Positions 29,690-43,857 of a stretch of DNA of 64,000 nucleotides are shown in pieces (positions within the stretch are counted from its first letter, which is position 1; each line of letters starts with the position of its first letter). The notes below the pieces were generated by a model. That model saw nothing but the letters and a program-made list of their open reading frames with translations. It was not told the origin of the DNA and made no database searches. Source of the DNA: Octopus sinensis. Lineage: Eukaryota. Made by a program: the position numbers and the translations under genes. The stretch lies in the NCBI RefSeq assembly GCF_006345805.1, contig NC_042997.1, positions 68,262,001 through 68,326,000 on the forward strand, given 5' to 3'.

Positions 29690-30715
29690 TATCTTTTATC
29701 CTTTACTTGTTTTAGTTGTTAGACTGCGGCCATGCTGGAGCACCATCTTGAACAATTTCTTTTAATCGAATGTATCGACTCCAGTGGTATTTTTCGTTAA
29801 GCCGAGCCGCTGAGTTACTGGTTCGTAACCACACAATCACTTATTGTCGAGCGGTTGTGGGTCACAAACACAGACATAAACACGCACGCACACACACACA
29901 CACGCACACACACACACACACGCACACACACACACACACGTATACGTATATATATATATATATATATATACACGTACTCACACACATATACGACGCGCAT
30001 CTTTCAGTTTCCGTCTCACAAGTATCTAGTCGGCCCAAAGCTATAGTAGAAAACTCACTGCCAAGCAGTGAGACTGTACTCGCAACAATGTAGTTGGGAA
30101 GCAAGCGTCTTTCCATACCGCCAGGAATGAGCCTATGATTGTATATTTGTTTTACCATCTATATTTACAACCAGTGGATGCAGAGGGAGAGAAATAAAAG
30201 TGTGGTGGGCCGAGAAGCGTTTAAAATAAAACAATAATAAAAATTGTCGAAAAAGGTGCAGGCGTAGCTGTGTTGCAAGAAACTTGCTTTCCAACCATAT
30301 GATTCTGGGTTCTGTCCCACTGTGTGCCATCTTGTGCAAGTGTCTCCTACTTTAGCCCCACGCCGACCAAAGCCCTGTGAGTGGATTTGGTAGACGGAAA
30401 CTGAAAGAGATCCATCGTATGTATGTATGTATGTATGTATGTATGTATGTATGTATGTATGTATGTATGTATGTATGTATGTGTGTATCAGTGTATCTAT
30501 CAGTCTATGTGTCTCTGCATCTCTGTTGGTGTGTTTACGTCCCCGTAACTTTGCGGTTCGACAAATTATATAACAGATACAGATAGAATTATATAAATAT
30601 ACCGATATAATAAGTACCAGGCTTTAAACAACAGTACTGAGGTCAATTCATTCGACTAAAAATGCGGTGCCCCAGCATGGCCGTAGTCTTATGACTGAAA
30701 CAATTAAATGATAAA
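29690..30715. mobile_element. Two head-to-head SINE family 1 copies (29690-30130 minus; 30258-30715 plus)
   Basis: Both match the family head, central microsatellite and tail. Confidence 0.8.
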
Positions 30716-30934
30716 AAATAAATACCACTGGAAGCATCATAGTACATGAGTATCAATAATGTAAGATTAATTACTTAAGAATTGTTTGGAATAAAATATT
30801 CATGTCTGTGTACTGTTGCTTCTCATACCGTTGCCATTGTTGTTTTTGTTGTTGCTGTTGTTTAAACCCATCATCCGTAAATGAACAAACGTAAGTTCAA
30901 TAGCTGTGTATACCTCATATCTTATTCAGATAGC

Positions 30935-31014
30935 ATGCATAGCACTAACTATGCATAACACTAACAATGCATGGCACTAACTATGCATAACACTAACAAT
31001 GCATGGCACTAACT
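30935..31014 (+). repeat. Minisatellite, 5 x 16 bp with alternating (32-bp) higher-order structure
   Basis: ATGCATAGCACTAACT / ATGCATAACACTAACA / ATGCATGGCACTAACT / ATGCATAACACTAACA / ATGCATGGCACTAACT. Confidence 0.95.
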
Positions 31015-31514
31015 ACACTACCCAACGCTTGGTTTTTTTCTCTCTTTGGTTTGCTTATAAGAGAGTATGACACTATTTGAAGAAAGTTTGAAGGTAATTA
31101 CTAGCTGGTCGACAGATCACACAAGAAGCTCTATCACTGGCTTGTGTGTCATTGTTGTGAAACAACTCGGGGTGTGTAGTGGAGCTTTTGAAACTTAATA
31201 TTGGCTTAACCTACATAGAGATAATCCTTTAAGGGACACTGACATAGTTTCTTGACTCCCATGTAGGTTCTGAAATAATACTTTGTGTATTAAACTTTTG
31301 CTTCTAGGAAATATGACCCACAGTAAAACAAAATGATTCGCATTGTCGAAGCAAATTTATATTGTTCAGTTTGTTCAAAAAGAAAAAAAAATCATTATTA
31401 TAAGAATAGATTAAAATTACCTGAGCGAATTGGAGGAATGTCGTCATATTCAGAGTTATATAATTTCTTGCATAAACACAAGGTATTAAGACAGAGGAAG
31501 GGACACTTGATTAA

Positions 31515-32198
31515 CCCTTAGACAGCGGGAAAGGGCTGCATCAATGTGTGCCAAGCAGGCAAAAAACAGAGAAAGAAACCCTTTTTCTTAAGGGCAATTT
31601 TTATATTTTCACTTTAAATAAGTACAAAACTATAATTATTAGTATCTCTCACAATAATATTTATGAAAAAGTACCGTAAAATATTACTTTTCTTTGCATC
31701 CGGCATAAGCATGAATTCATTTGAGATTTCCGCGTCGTTGCTTTCAAAGGAATGTATAAATGGAGAAAAAATCGGTGCACTTTTCCCATCCAGAGCTAGT
31801 TAAAGAATAATTTTCTTCTGTACTATCTGGAGTATAATCATCATTATCTACTTCATCTGATGATGAAGGAAAGTCAGAAAGAATTTCTTCATCGCTATAT
31901 AAATCTTTCATTTACAACTTGGTTTCTCCCATCAATACGGCCTGCTTATGCTGAGGGGCATTAAACGAAGTAGCCTCTCGAGCATCAATTGATGAGTGCC
32001 GTATCCATTATAAAAATCTTTGGAGCATCAGTAGATGTTTGCCGTTTAAGTGTTAAATCGATTTCGGTACTTAACTGATGTTTTATTTTAACGATGCCGT
32101 GTTCTTCCGTGGTATTTGAACTCAAAACGTAAAAATCTGAAACACAAACTTTTCTCCGCCGCTCTACTAATCTCATAAATTCTCCACACTGACATTAA
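31515..32198 (-). mobile_element. Possible piggyBac-like remnant
   Basis: TTAA followed by CCCTTAG at 31511. A minus-strand acidic N-terminus-like peptide MKDLYSDEEILSDFPSSSDEVD starts at 31911. No clear second TIR. Confidence 0.3.
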
Positions 32199-32204
32199 GT
32201 AATA

Positions 32205-32432
32205 ACTCTAACTCTTTTACTTTTTTACTTGTTTCAGTCATTTGACTGTAGCCATGCTGGAGCACCGTCCTTAGTCGAGCAAATCGACCCCAGGACTTAT
32301 TCTTTGTAAGCCTAGTACTTATTCTATCGGTCTCTTTTGCCGAACCGCAATGTTACGGGGACGTAAACACATCAGCATCGGTTGTCAAGCAATGTTGGGA
32401 GGACAAACACAGACACACAAACATATACACAC

Positions 32433-32463
<31 letters not shown>

Positions 32464-32622
32464 CATATATACGACGGGCTTCTTTCAGTTTCTGTCTACC
32501 AAATCCATTACCAGGCTTTGGTCGGCCCGAGGCTATAGTAGAAGACACTTGCCCAAGGTTCCACGCAGTGGGAGTGAACCCGGAACCATGTGGTTGGTTA
32601 GCAAGCTACTTACCACACAGCT
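32205..32622 (-). mobile_element. SINE family 1, young-looking copy
   Basis: High identity to 16163-16560 and to the reverse complement of 12450-12683. Confidence 0.9.
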
Positions 32623-34344
32623 ACGGGAATTTCATGAACAAATCGAAGACAAAACCGAAATCCGAGACACAAGCTGCAAATATGACAAGATTAACTGATT
32701 CTAGCAAAAGGAAGCTTGCAATGACTAAGTAAATATGACAGCTTGAATGTTGCGGCGAAGGGCAGAAAATGGCATAACATATGTTCTACTTAGGCAAATA
32801 TTGACAATTAGTTAACAGAAGATGAGGAAGAAGGAGATATAATTACTTTAAAAATAAACAACAACTATATTAAGTTAAAGTATTTTACAAATTAAAGCAG
32901 GAAGAAACATAAAAAAATATTAAGTCTTGTGAGCAATTAGTACAGCATTTGCGGCTTATAATGGTACCCTCTGTTAGATGCATTACACATTTGGTAATCT
33001 GTATGTCTCTCTCTTCAACAGTAGCGCAAGCTATCGTGCTGGCCACTTCAGTTAAGTTAGAAAATAATTTACTCCATAAACCAAGCCGACCATTGCGCCT
33101 GGTGCCTTGTGTAAATCTGAGGCTTTAATGAAAAAAATAAGAAAGTCCTATAAACTACATAATCATTCACTTCAGGAAACGCGCGCGCGCGCACTCACAG
33201 TTACATTCGCACATATTTCCTCTCTCTCTCCATTCTCTCCCCTCTCTTTCTCTCCCCCCTCTTTCTCTCTGCTGGTAATTAATGCATTGATTTTTGTAAG
33301 AATGAAGTGCAAAGCCAATACTAGTGATATTTCAACTCAGAAAATAGAACAGAACTAAATATTGAAATTGTGTTCGTAACCAAGTTGTAGAAATGTGATG
33401 AAATTTTTTAACTCTTCGCACTATTAAGAAATAAACTAAAATTGAATATAACAGCAACATTTTCTGTGCTCTTGAATAATAACTAAAATGGCTCTTCCAC
33501 AATATAAATGCTCTGAAGTCGTACACATCGTATTCAACCATTTCTACAAGCAACAATGACTTTTAATAAGGATCATTAATTAAACAGGAAATTATTTGTC
33601 ATGAACAACTGTGTGTATAATATCAATGAAACAAGGAAACATAAGCGTCAGAAGCCACGCTCATTGATTTACTACGCCAGTGAGCAAGCAAAGATAACTA
33701 ACGCCAAAAAACAATGTAAACTGTTTTAAATTCTAAAATGGACAAAAACGAAGACATTGAATACAACAGGCAGTATTAAAACATGGATCATACTGTATAT
33801 ATATGAGATATTAATTCATCTTGGTTAGTCACCAGAAAACATTGATAAACAAAGCGGAAACGATGCTGCAAACGGTATTCATATATATTTTAAGATGATT
33901 GACACACTCGAGACTCAACTATTACAAACTTAACTTTTACTTTTATTCTGCTCGATGCAAACATATATGGTATATTTCACTATATGACTGTCACTGTCAC
34001 AAGGCTCAACATTTTTGGGGAAGGCACCAGTCGATTAGATCGACCCCAGTACGCAACTAGTACTTAAATTATCGACACTAGAAGGATGAAAGGCAAAGTC
34101 GACCTCGGCGGAATATGACCGTCATTCTATTGGCTACTGGAAGTTGTTATATAGCGTTGGTCACGATGCGCTTTATTACATTGTTGTAGTTTTCGAATGT
34201 ATATATGTATGCATGTGTAAGGATGTATATATATATATTATATATATATGTCTGCATGTACTCTTATGCATTGAACCCACAACTCGACTGCACTCGATGC
34301 ATGTTGGAATACCTCGATTCTAACGGATCTTACAACTAAATGAT

Positions 34345-35240
<896 letters not shown>

Positions 35241-35241
35241 A

Positions 35242-35294
<53 letters not shown>

Positions 35295-35297
<3 letters not shown>

Positions 35298-35563
35298 CGT
35301 GATCACCGTGACCGATCAGGTTATCAGATGTTGCTACATATCGCTGGTCACAATGCGCTGCGCATTGTTTTAGCCTTCAAATGACGCCACCCCGCTGGTG
35401 AGAGAAAGTTGTGGCGAAAGAGTACATCAGGAATCGCCACTACCCCCTGCAGGAGCCTCGTGAAGCTTTAGGTGTCTTCACTCAATAAACACTCACAACA
35501 AGGAATCGAAACCGCGATCCTACGATCGCGAGTCCGCTGCCCAAACCACTGGGCCATTGCGCT

Positions 35564-35565
<2 letters not shown>
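35295..35565 (-). mobile_element. tRNA-derived SINE, family 4
   Basis: Minus-strand head GGAGCGCAATGGCCCAGTGG...GGTTTCGATTCC; tail ...CATCTGATAACCTGATCGGTCACGGTGATCACGGTGA. Confidence 0.8.
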
Positions 35566-35600
<35 letters not shown>

Positions 35601-35631
35601 AACATACATACATACAAACATACATACATAC

Positions 35632-35700
<69 letters not shown>

Positions 35701-35701
<1 letters not shown>

Positions 35702-36703
35702 TAGCATTATGACCCGTCGTTGCCGGGTTATAGTGCTACTGTATGTATATATGTGTATATATATGTGTACATATTACATGTACATCTATATATATACATC
35801 TACACATAAAATACAAGATACAAAGTTATATCTTGATATCGCTAGTGATAACAATAATCAAAATATACAACAGACTGGAATTGTAAGCCCGTCTCTTGCA
35901 ATTTCGATCAATTGTATCTTGTCCTCCCTCTTGTATAGAAGTATGGCTACAATCCAGCCTACCTCTACTGCTGGGGGGGGGGGCATTTTAAATTTTTATC
36001 TGGGACGTACGACGTCCCGGTAAAAATAAAATATTTCCACTTTACAAGTTCGAGTCGAGTACTCCCTCGCACACTCCGTTGACTCGAACATTGCTTCTAT
36101 TGTGGCAAATTTACCGCCTCTGGTTAGATATCTTTCATAGTCGCACCAAGACACTTTTCGATGGTGCTTTCCTCCAGGTTTTCAAGTCTTTTTTCTCTAC
36201 ATTGTATACTTTATAGACAATAGTCTTTTCTTTAATTTAATTTTTTATTATCCATCTGAACTATTCAATTTCTGCACGCTAATTTTATCTTTAGTTTATT
36301 CCCATTCATGTGAAACCACTTATTCAAGTTCAAGTCATTGATGCAATTTTGTACCAATTGCTATTTTTACTTTTGTTATGTTACGATTATATTATACTTT
36401 AGTTTGATTTTAATTATTACTTACATATAATTCAATTGTTATTATTATTTTTATTGTTAAAGTGAAAGCATCTGACATAAAATAGAGAAATGTTTTTGTT
36501 TTACTTTTAACACGTAATACTGAAATAGTGGAGAAGATATGATATTGCTATGGGCTCGCTCTAGGCAAGAAGTTGAACATTTTTTCCCCATGAAACTACA
36601 TGGACCCTAAGTAAGGCATGTGTAAAATTTGAATGAAATTGGTTGTGTAGTTCTCAAGTTTTAGGGAAATACACAGACTGACAGACAGTCAGACACATTC
36701 TCA

Positions 36704-36710
<7 letters not shown>
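35701..36710 (-). mobile_element. Non-autonomous Helitron-like element
   Basis: The 3' end reads hairpin ACCCG-GCAACGA-CGGGT then CTAG|T (35728-35700). The 5' end TATATATAAAACTGAGAATGTGTCTGACTGTCTGTC...CCAATTTCATTCAAATTT resembles non-autonomous Helitron starts. Confidence 0.7.
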
Positions 36711-36746
<36 letters not shown>

Positions 36747-36854
36747 TATATATACATATATATATATGTAAAATATAAATAATATATAGATATATGTATA
36801 TATACATAAGTATATGTACATACCTACATATATATGTACATGCATATATATGTA

Positions 36855-37210
36855 TATGTACAGGACATAAAAATAAATAAAACGTTGAACACAATGAAAA
36901 ACGAAAACAAAGACAAAAACATAGAAAAAAGCAAACAGAGATACGAGACATACAACATAAAGAATATTCCCCTTCTTCAGTTGTCCCTACTTCGCGTTTT
37001 CGAATGTAAGGACAAGACGCAACATAGTTGAAACAGTCCTTCCCGCAAAGCAAATTAAATAAAATTTGCGATTTTTTTGCGGAGGATCAAAGTGCTAACA
37101 AGAACAGGACAGTGAGAACAAATCAGTAAAAACAAACGTTGAGAGCTGTTGAGCCAAGACGATAGAAACATTCTTCTGAACGCTAGGAGGACGAGCTTAT
37201 GAAGGAGACA
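36855..37210. repeat. Interspersed repeat inserted in (TA)n, related to 2315-2495
   Basis: Shared sequence with 2315-2495. Confidence 0.6.
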
Positions 37211-37259
<49 letters not shown>

Positions 37260-37456
37260 ATACATACATACATACATACATACATACATACATACATACA
37301 TACATACATACATACATTCATACATATATACATACATACATGCATACATACATACATACATGCGCACATACATACATACATACATATATATATGTGTGTG
37401 TGTGTGTGTGTTGGTATATATATATATACATCATACATGTATGCGCGCATGTGTGT

Positions 37457-37745
37457 GTGTGGTCTAGTGCTATTGATTTTGCGCTCACGTCGCCAGATCC
37501 TGGGTTCAAATTCCGGACCGTGCAGCGCAGTGTGTTCGCGAGTAGAACACTTTATTTCACGTTCTTCCAATCCACTTATCCGCAAAGGGTAACCCTGCGG
37601 CGGACTAGCCTTCCTATCAGGATAAATGTTGGCCTGTTCGTCTAGCCTGTGGGGTAGCATCATTCGAAAGTTAAAACGATACAAAGTGCATTGTGTCTAG
37701 CGACGTATAACAACATCTGATAGTGTGGTTGATCATGTGTTCTCA
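37457..37745 (+). mobile_element. tRNA-derived SINE related to family 4
   Basis: TGGTCTAGTG A box and GGGTTCAAATTCC B box. The tail CAACATCTGATAG..TGATCA matches the 35295 family. Confidence 0.7.
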
Positions 37746-37769
37746 TGATATATATACATGTATATGTAT

Positions 37770-38200
37770 CTTTTATTGTTTATCATTTACTTGATTTAAT
37801 CATTAGACTGTAACCATGCTGGGTGACGTCCTTGAAAAAATTTTAATGGAATGAAACATCGCGATTACTTATTTTTAAAGCTTCGTATTTATTCTGTCGA
37901 TCTTTTTTACGGAACCGCTAAGTTACGGAGTTATGAATACATCAACATCGGTTGTCTAGCAGTGGTTGGAGACAAACATATACACAAAGACACTCCCTCA
38001 TTCTCTCTCTTTCTCACTCTCTCACACACACATGCACACGCGCACGTGCATGCATATTCGTATATACGTCAGGCTTCCCACTGTTTCCGTCTACCGAATC
38101 CACTCACAAGACTTTAGTTGGCCTGATGCTATAGTAGAAGGTACCACTCAGTGGGACTTAACGCTGAACCATGTGGTTGCGAAGCAAACTTCTATCCACA
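37770..38200 (-). mobile_element. SINE family 1, diverged
   Basis: Homology to the family body and head. Confidence 0.75.
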
Positions 38201-38263
38201 AGTACAGACATTCTTTTATTCTTTTCTATGCTTCAGCCCTGAGGCCGTGGCCATGCTGAGGCA

Positions 38264-38487
38264 GGCCGAAACAACTGTAAGATGTAATCTATACTTATAA
38301 TTATATTTACTTATATTTATATTCTCTTTTATATATATTCTACTTATTATACATCATTACTCTTTTATGTACACTTTTTTATGTAACCCTACGGTCTCTT
38401 ATGTGGTGGTTTAATAAAGTATGTGATTGAGTATTATCGTGTAATTGATATTTGATTTAGATGTATTTCTCCATTTTCTTATCTTGT
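38264..38487 (+). mobile_element. Truncated Penelope-like terminal fragment starting with the 3' half of a hammerhead
   Basis: GGCC-GAAA-CAACTG-TA has the same GAAA/stem III/UA as 46075-46086. It is followed by an AT-rich region with AATAAA and ends in (TA)n. Confidence 0.45.
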
Positions 38488-38489
38488 AT

Positions 38490-38547
<58 letters not shown>

Positions 38548-40719
38548 CATACATACACACGTATATATACATATACATACATGCATACATACATACATAC
38601 ATACATACATACATACATACATACATACATACATACATACCTGTATATATGTTCTCTACTAGAAGTGTGAAATAATTCTTCACTTTGATGTCGAATTGCT
38701 TTTACATATAAACATAAAAAAACAAACATCCTCACTTGTGTGTATGTGGGTGGGTTTGTGTGTGTATTTGTGTGATATGTGAGTTTGTAATTGTGTGTAA
38801 AGAAGGAGAGTGGAGAATGAGTGATTATTGTTGCATAGGATAGATTATCGAACAACCAGCTGTTCATCTTCTGTCAACTATGCCGTTGAAACTGAAACCA
38901 TACAGCCCCAGGAATATTGCCAAGAGGCTTTTTAGTTAGTAATGCCCAGTACATTACTTCCCGTGGGTTCTTGCTCGTAGAAAAGTAATCTGAGCATCAG
39001 CAAGCTTATTTGTAGCAAGCCACACAATCACTCATTTGCACAAGGGAGTCATCACAAGCATTTGCTTTTTGAATATCATGTAAATTGAAATAGGATATAC
39101 AGAATATCATAACAAGTTAAACCTAAAAAAATCCCTATCATTTTGTAAAACAAATGCCTTATCTGTAAAAGACAGTATACTGATGTTTATAAATAGTGCA
39201 GAAAATAAGTGAGATAAAAATAGTTAGGTTTTTAGTTTGAATAGCACATCACTGCTATCTAGCTCCATTTATGAGTGTGCGCGTTTGTTGTATGTGAGTA
39301 TCTGTATGAGTCGTATGCGTGTGAGTGTCTGTGTGTGTGAAGTTGTAAGAAACATCTGTTATGATGTTTTCATAAGTTTATATTTCTATGAATGATGCAT
39401 GCATTAATATTTTTGATCGTAAAATGTTTCGTATGAGGAACACAATAATTACAGCAGTAAACTAATTAGCACTCATTGTTTCATTGGGGGAAAAATATCG
39501 TTATGTCCCAATTTATCACTAGAAAGTATCTCAGCTATATTGCCTTTTATATTTGTTCACTGTTAGATTGTTTCTGTTTATTTCTTTTGTTCTTTCCTTG
39601 AATAATTATTTGGTTATTTTTAACAATGGTCTGTTTTTCTTGACTTCATTTAGCTTCCCAAAACAAATAGATGAATAAATATAACATTTTAAAGTTTGTT
39701 TGGATCCTGAGTACAAGCGGTATAATATTAGAAATTTTGCATAGTTTTATTACATTCATCATATAAAAAAATCGATGGATCAATGAATGAACAATAGTAG
39801 AGAGGAAATAAAGACATTGCAGTAATTTGTTGTTAAAACTGTAACAGAATTAACCTTGTTAGGAAGATTTAAGACAGAACACAACTGTTTGTGGTTGCAT
39901 ATTGCTTTCCCTTCATATTTTACCTTCTCTTTATTTCAATAAAATATGAATGGGTGCAACATCGATTTTCCGGATAACTGATTTTTTTACGAACCAAAGG
40001 TGATCACCTCTAAATTAAATACAAAATTTACTTAAATAATTAAATGAAATACAGGTACATTAATACTTTAGTATAAATGATCCAAGTTTATTGATACTGT
40101 TCTGTACAAGAGACTATGAATCATGGTCGTTCAGTAACCTAGCTTAGAGGCCGCGGGAATTTGAGGTTCTTGCTCGTAAAATACTGTGGATTACAAGAGG
40201 CTCTGGTCCCGAAAGTCGGTGTTTTATCAGCATGAAGACTTAATCGACTATATTTTCATATTTTACGATATAAATTTGCCTAAAGAATTCAGCTATATCG
40301 ATTCGTTAAAGTTCTCAGTCATAATGACACAAATCTATTAACAAAATCTGTGTTTCTTTTTCAGTTTTAACTTGAAATTGTTTTACATTAAGAAATGATA
40401 TAAGTGTTATAATATTCTTATACAGTTGATGTTACAACGTTCCTCAAGTAAAACATGAAGGTTAATTTAGGACATTTCAGTTGAATCACTTTGACTGCAG
40501 TAGATAAGTGTTATTTTCTGACCGGCAGAGTGAGGACGTTGAAGGGGTTTCAATTCCGAACCGAGACCTATATTTCATTAAAAGAGTACTCATGTAAATA
40601 CTATTATGACCTAACCCGCATTTGTTTATCTAACTTAGTAAAAGAATGTTTTGACAAAGCAGTTACATATTGGGCGTATTGTGACCAACGGTGGAAGTCA
40701 ATATCCAATAGTCTCATCG

Positions 40720-42373
40720 ATACAATTTCTTTTGCCGTTTTCGCTAGAGTTGAGAGGCATTCTAGTGATAAGCCGACTTCTTGCCCTGGCTTCTTCTTCT
40801 TCTTCTTCTTCTTCTTCTTCTTCTTCTTCTTCTTCTTCTTCTTCTTCTTCTTCTTCTTCTTCTTCTTCTTCTCTTCTTCTTCTTCTTCTTCTTCTTCTTC
40901 TTCTTCTTCTTCTTCTTCTTCTTCACTTGCTGACTTCGTCCTCTCTGTCAGATCATCATCCGTTAACGGATCTAAGTGGGTCTCAATCAAATTATTAACG
41001 TTCTCGGTAGTCACATCAGTGAAATTATATCCTCTTAACAATTTTGCCAGTTTCACTGTCTTATCTACTACAGAGTGATAGATTTCGTCAGGAGAAAATC
41101 CTTTATAGACGTGGACCGCTTCTGGCCACAATTTCTTCCAGCTGGCATTCAAAGTTTCGTTCTTCATTTCCTTTAAGGCCTTCTGAATATTTTAGAGACA
41201 TGAGGAAATGGTGTACCCACACCAGTACTCCTTCAGCGAGGAGTAATCATCCGAGTTCATAGCTTCGACTAGGTGTTGCAGGGAGTTTCGCGTATAGAGC
41301 GCCCTAAAAGCACGAATAACGCCTTGATCCAAAGGCTGGATCAGTGACGTGGTGTTAGGCGGTAAGAATTCGATTTGTACACCCTCATAAAGAGATCGAG
41401 CGCGTGACTTCAAGCATTAGCCATTAGTTCTGTTTCAGAGAGATAAACCTTGACTTCGGAGATGAAGCACTGGTGAAATCAACCCGATATCAGTGGTTTC
41501 GTTATCCATGCCTTTTGATTGTGCATCCAATGCACTGGCAGCAGGTTCTTATTTTTGTTTTTGAGGGCCCTTGGGATTTTTAACTTAAATATAAGATCTG
41601 GCCTTATCATAAAGCACTCAGCATTTCCACACAGTATAATTGTGACGCGATCTTTGTACGCCTTAAATCTAGGTGCTCTGACTTCCTCCTTCATAATAAA
41701 TGCCCACGACAGCATCCGTTTCCAAAAGAGGCCGGTCTCCTCCATATTGTAAACTTGTTCACGCGAATATCCCCCTGCCTCGACGATGGTCTTGAACGTC
41801 TCGTTCACGTATTCTTCAGCAGCGGTTTTTTTTCAGCAGAAGCAGCTTCTCCATGCAGGGACACATTCTCAAGGTTGAACTTCCTTTGAAATTTATCAAA
41901 CCAGCCCTTGCTAGCATTAAATTCGGTTAATTTGGTGGGAGATGCCGTAGATGCTCCTAGTTCAGGGTCGTCTGGGTCGTCGTCACTGTCATCCGTAAAT
42001 TTGCCGTATAGCTGCCTGACCTTTTCATGGATGTTGTTGGTATCTAGTGCAATGCTCTTCCTACAGTCACTGATCCAAAGGGCTAATGCAGACTCCATCC
42101 CTACGATGGCCTTATTGCAGGAAGTTACCACTCTTTTCGTTGTCTTGTTAAAAATCATTTTTGCCGTCGCCCTTATGATTTTCCCGTCCTTCTTGATGTA
42201 GCGAATGGTAGATTCATTGATGATGTAATGGCGGCCTATATCCGCATACCTTCTCCCTTACTTAAGCTTGTCGAAGAGTCTCACCTTCTCTGCTATAGTA
42301 AGCATATTCCTCTCCTTTGAGGCTTGGGTTCAATGCCAGAGGCCTTAGAAGGTGTAGAACGTTTGGGCGACAT
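40720..42373 (-). pseudogene. Disrupted Tigger/pogo (CENP-B-like) transposase
   Basis: MLTIAEKV...YIINESTIRYIKK (psq HTH), FNASKGWFDKFQRKF (Tc5 HTH), VYNMEETGLFWK, KDRVTIILCGNA, FLPPNTTSLIQPLDQGVIRAF, LNASWKKLWP and an acidic tail. Multiple frameshifts. Confidence 0.9.
40790..40924. repeat. (TTC)n expansion within the transposase acidic tail
   Basis: About 45 units with one frameshifting interruption near 40871. Confidence 0.95.
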
Positions 42374-42765
42374 CGTAGGGGTTGAAATAATTTCACAATT
42401 TGACACACAAATGCAAAACAACACCACACACTCACCTCCCGAGTTTTGTTTTCCATACAAAATGTGCGATTCTTTGTTTACTCATCTATGGTACACTACG
42501 TATCTTCTTTTGATATATTTTAATTAATGTGTTGTACAGTGCAGTACTGTACTGTATTTTTATTGGTTAATTTATTATTTTTTATTGCTTCTTTTATCAC
42601 AAAAATAATTAAAATCTAAAAAAAAATATATAGATAAATATCTGTTGAAGAAACCCGCGATATATTGAGGAGTCCACGATATAAGTTTACATATACTAGC
42701 CAGAAAACTCCGCAATGTACTGAGGGCGCAATAGGTGAACCGCGATATGGCGAGCGATTACTGTA

Positions 42766-42900
42766 TATATGACAGGGTTCATTCAGTTTCCGTTTACCAA
42801 ATCCACTCACAAGGCTATTGTAGAAGACACTTACTTGCCTAAGGTGCCACATCTGAGCACTGAACTCGGAATCATGTGGTTGGGAAGCAATAACGCTTCC
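42766..42900 (-). mobile_element. SINE family 1, 5' half abutting the Tigger end
   Basis: CAGTTTCCGTTTACCAAATCCACTCACAAGGC...CATGTGGTTGGGAAGCAA. Confidence 0.75.
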
Positions 42901-43542
42901 AAAAGGACATAGCAAATTTCCCTCGATGCACAGTAAATATGCCTTAGTAAACATCCCAGTGGAAGGTTATCAAAAATATGCTATCATGGTGTTTGAGTCC
43001 CACGAGTTTCCAATGAAAAGTCTTTTCCTGAAATCTAATAATTTATCATATTCATCCCATTTATACGCAGAAATTGTCGATTGGTAATAACTTATTCAGT
43101 TTATATATCAGAATTTTGATGCATTATTTATGAGCTGGTGATTTTAACTGATAAGACGATTGCTTTTCTAAGTCGAACTCTAGCTTAACGATCAAAATAT
43201 GTAAAAAATAATAGTGAAAGATAGTGCTTCATACATTGATGTGACATAGCAGAATCGCTTACCTTAAAGCATGTCGTACCCAATACTCGTTCATTGCCTC
43301 TTCCCGTCCTCTTCCTCTCCCCTCCTCCTCCTCCATCTCCATCGTCGTCGTCGTCGTCATCATCATAATCATCATCATTATCATCATCATCATCAATAGC
43401 TGCAGAAGCAGCAGTGGTAGCAGCATTTTCCCCTCTCTGTTTTTTCTCGCTTACTGTATATATGACAGGGTTTATTGAAAATCTTCAATGAAGGAAAGGG
43501 TCACATTGAATATTTTCATATTCTTTCTGAAATATCATTCAG

Positions 43543-43573
43543 AGAGGATGAAGAACCTCCCCCGCGTCCAAAT
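43543..43573 (+). CDS. Candidate 31-nt exon of an unidentified host gene (one frame: EDEEPPPRPN)
   Basis: Pyrimidine-rich acceptor ...ATCATTCAG, a GC-richer body, and a perfect GTAAGT donor at 43574. No homology evidence. Confidence 0.35.
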
Positions 43574-43620
43574 GTAAGTTAATGGTTTTCCTTCTATGTA
43601 GCTAATGCCAAGAAAGAAGT

Positions 43621-43665
<45 letters not shown>

Positions 43666-43857
43666 ACAACAATTATGAGACGCCATAAATATTATTGAGA
43701 AACGGTACGTTGTGATGCTTCATGTATGATTCACAGTACACTTAGCATTTCTATTTGGTAGTAATTTCGTTTTACTAAGGTATTACATTCCAGATTTATT
43801 AGGTAAGCTAAATGGAATACAGTTATATTAATACCTTTCCAGAAAATATTAACTATA

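Larger units (their letters stand above)
40720..42763 (-). mobile_element. pogo/Tigger DNA transposon, 3'-truncated
   Basis: Terminus TA|CAGTAATCGCTCGCCATATCGCGG at 42763, with transposase remnants inside. No second TIR found. Confidence 0.9.

Noticed and set aside
30935-31014. CRISPR-like array
   Set aside because: There are no unique spacers and the context is eukaryotic; it is a plain minisatellite.
36960-37020. Minus-strand GAAA...CTGAAGA as a permuted hammerhead
   Set aside because: The segment between UH and CUGAAGA cannot form stem I, and TTGTCC/GGACAA pairing sequesters the GAAA.
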